Shown: positions 62,878-64,000 of the stretch, piece after piece
How the letters are laid out: each line of letters starts with the position of its first letter
Position numbering within the stretch: the first letter of the stretch is position 1
From: a phage
Sequence record: PQ478073.1
Length of the DNA stretch: 64,000 nucleotides
Direction: 5' to 3' (one strand)
The notes under the pieces: generated by a model
The model's database searches: none
The model's input: the letters and a program-made list of their open reading frames with translations, nothing else
Told to the model about the DNA's origin: nothing
Position numbers and translations under genes: made by a program

Positions 62878-64000
62878 ATGTCAGTTTTCAAAATTAACGA
62901 GAAGTCTCACCTAGAAAAAAATATGTTTTTTGATGAAAGTGTTGATATCCAACGCTTTGAAAGTAACAAATACTCTACACTTGAAAAACTAACAGAGCAA
63001 CAGAAAAGTTTCTTCTGGACTCCTGGTGAAGTTGACGTATCTAAAGATAAAATTGATTTTGCCAACCTTAATGATTCCGAGAAGCACATTTTTACCTCTA
63101 ACTTGAAACGTCAAATTCTTCTTGATTCCGTACAAGGTCGTGGTCCAAACCTAATGTTACTTCCATATGCATCTCTACCTGAACTAGAGAACTTTATAGA
63201 GACATGGGCATTCTTTGAAGGTGCGATTCATAGTAAATCATACACTCATATTATTCGTAACATTTATCCTAATCCTTCTGAAGTATTTGATACTATGTTG
63301 GACATTCCAGAAATCACTGATTGTGCTGCTGATGTTTCCAAATACTATGATGATCTTGATGTACTAGGTACTCTATACCGTGCATTAGGTGTTGGTACAC
63401 ATACAATCAATGGTGAAACAGTCGAAATTAGTTTATACGAACTAAAGAAAAAACTTTGGTTGTGCCTGAATAGTATTAACATTCTTGAAGGTGTTCGTTT
63501 TTATGCAAGCTTTGCGTGTTCTTGGGCGTTTGCTGAAAACAATCTAATGGAAGGTAATGCTAAGATTATCCGTCTAATCTGTCGTGATGAAAACCTACAC
63601 CTAGCAGCAACCCAAATGATTCTACGTCTTCTCAAAAAAGAAGATCCAGATATGGTAAAAATAGCAGAAGAGTGTTATGATGAAGTACTGGAAATGTTTA
63701 TGTCTGCTATCCGTCAAGAAGAAGCTTGGGCAGACTTCCTCTTTAAAGATGGTTCAATCATTGGACTGAATGCAGAAATTCTAAAACAATATGTTCGTTG
63801 GATTGGTTCTAAGCGTATGACTGCACTAGGAATTAAATGTCCATATACCGTATCTAAGAGTAACCCTCTACCTTGGACTGAGCATTGGGTTAGTGGTGGT
63901 TCAGTACAAGTTGCACCACAAGAAACTGAAATAAGTTCTTACATCATTGGTGGTATTGTGAATGATATCCAAGTAGATACATTCTCACCATTCAAACTAT
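62878..64000 (+). CDS. nrdB: ribonucleotide reductase small subunit NrdB (3' end beyond window)
   Basis: Ferritin-like di-iron/tyrosyl radical protein pattern (WAFFEGAIHSKSYTHII, RDENLH); no in-window stop. Confidence 0.85.
   Translation, partial: MSVFKINEKSHLEKNMFFDESVDIQRFESNKYSTLEKLTEQQKSFFWTPGEVDVSKDKIDFANLNDSEKHIFTSNLKRQILLDSVQGRGPNLMLLPYASLPELENFIETWAFFEGAIHSKSYTHIIRNIYPNPSEVFDTMLDIPEITDCAADVSKYYDDLDVLGTLYRALGVGTHTINGETVEISLYELKKKLWLCLNSINILEGVRFYASFACSWAFAENNLMEGNAKIIRLICRDENLHLAATQMILRLLKKEDPDMVKIAEECYDEVLEMFMSAIRQEEAWADFLFKDGSIIGLNAEILKQYVRWIGSKRMTALGIKCPYTVSKSNPLPWTEHWVSGGSVQVAPQETEISSYIIGGIVNDIQVDTFSPFKL

Noticed and set aside
60505-64000. Group I intron in nrdA/nrdB as in T4
   Set aside because: Both reading frames are continuous across the conserved regions within the window

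Overview
AT-rich (~35-40% GC) dsDNA phage segment with the gene content of a distant T4-like myovirus but a rearranged gene order; all calls are from reading the sequence and recalled family motifs, no searches were run. Layout: 1-10251 minus-strand baseplate module (gp6/gpJ-like, gp25-like, T4-type endolysin, gp5-like spike with fused lysozyme, LysM-like protein); 10293-14306 late sigma factor gp55-like and gp47/gp46 (Mre11/Rad50-like); 14325-16698 minus-strand late genes flanking an 835-bp ORF-free interval; 16829-25128 head module (portal, core proteins, protease, scaffold, gp23-like capsid); 25205-27100 accessory island with T5orf172-domain genes behind a consensus sigma70 promoter; 27136-29272 tail fibre and chaperone; 29745-62823 replication/recombination module (DNA polymerase, RNase H, terminase large subunit, gp32, UvsX, UvsW-like helicase, primase, helicase, NrdA, partial NrdB) interspersed with small hypothetical early genes. 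Most notable is a candidate ~455-nt structured ncRNA at 14943-15397 with its own promoter and terminator. Other points: a recurrent tGAGACA-N17-TATAAT promoter family, and a highly expressed paralogous gene pair on the minus strand.
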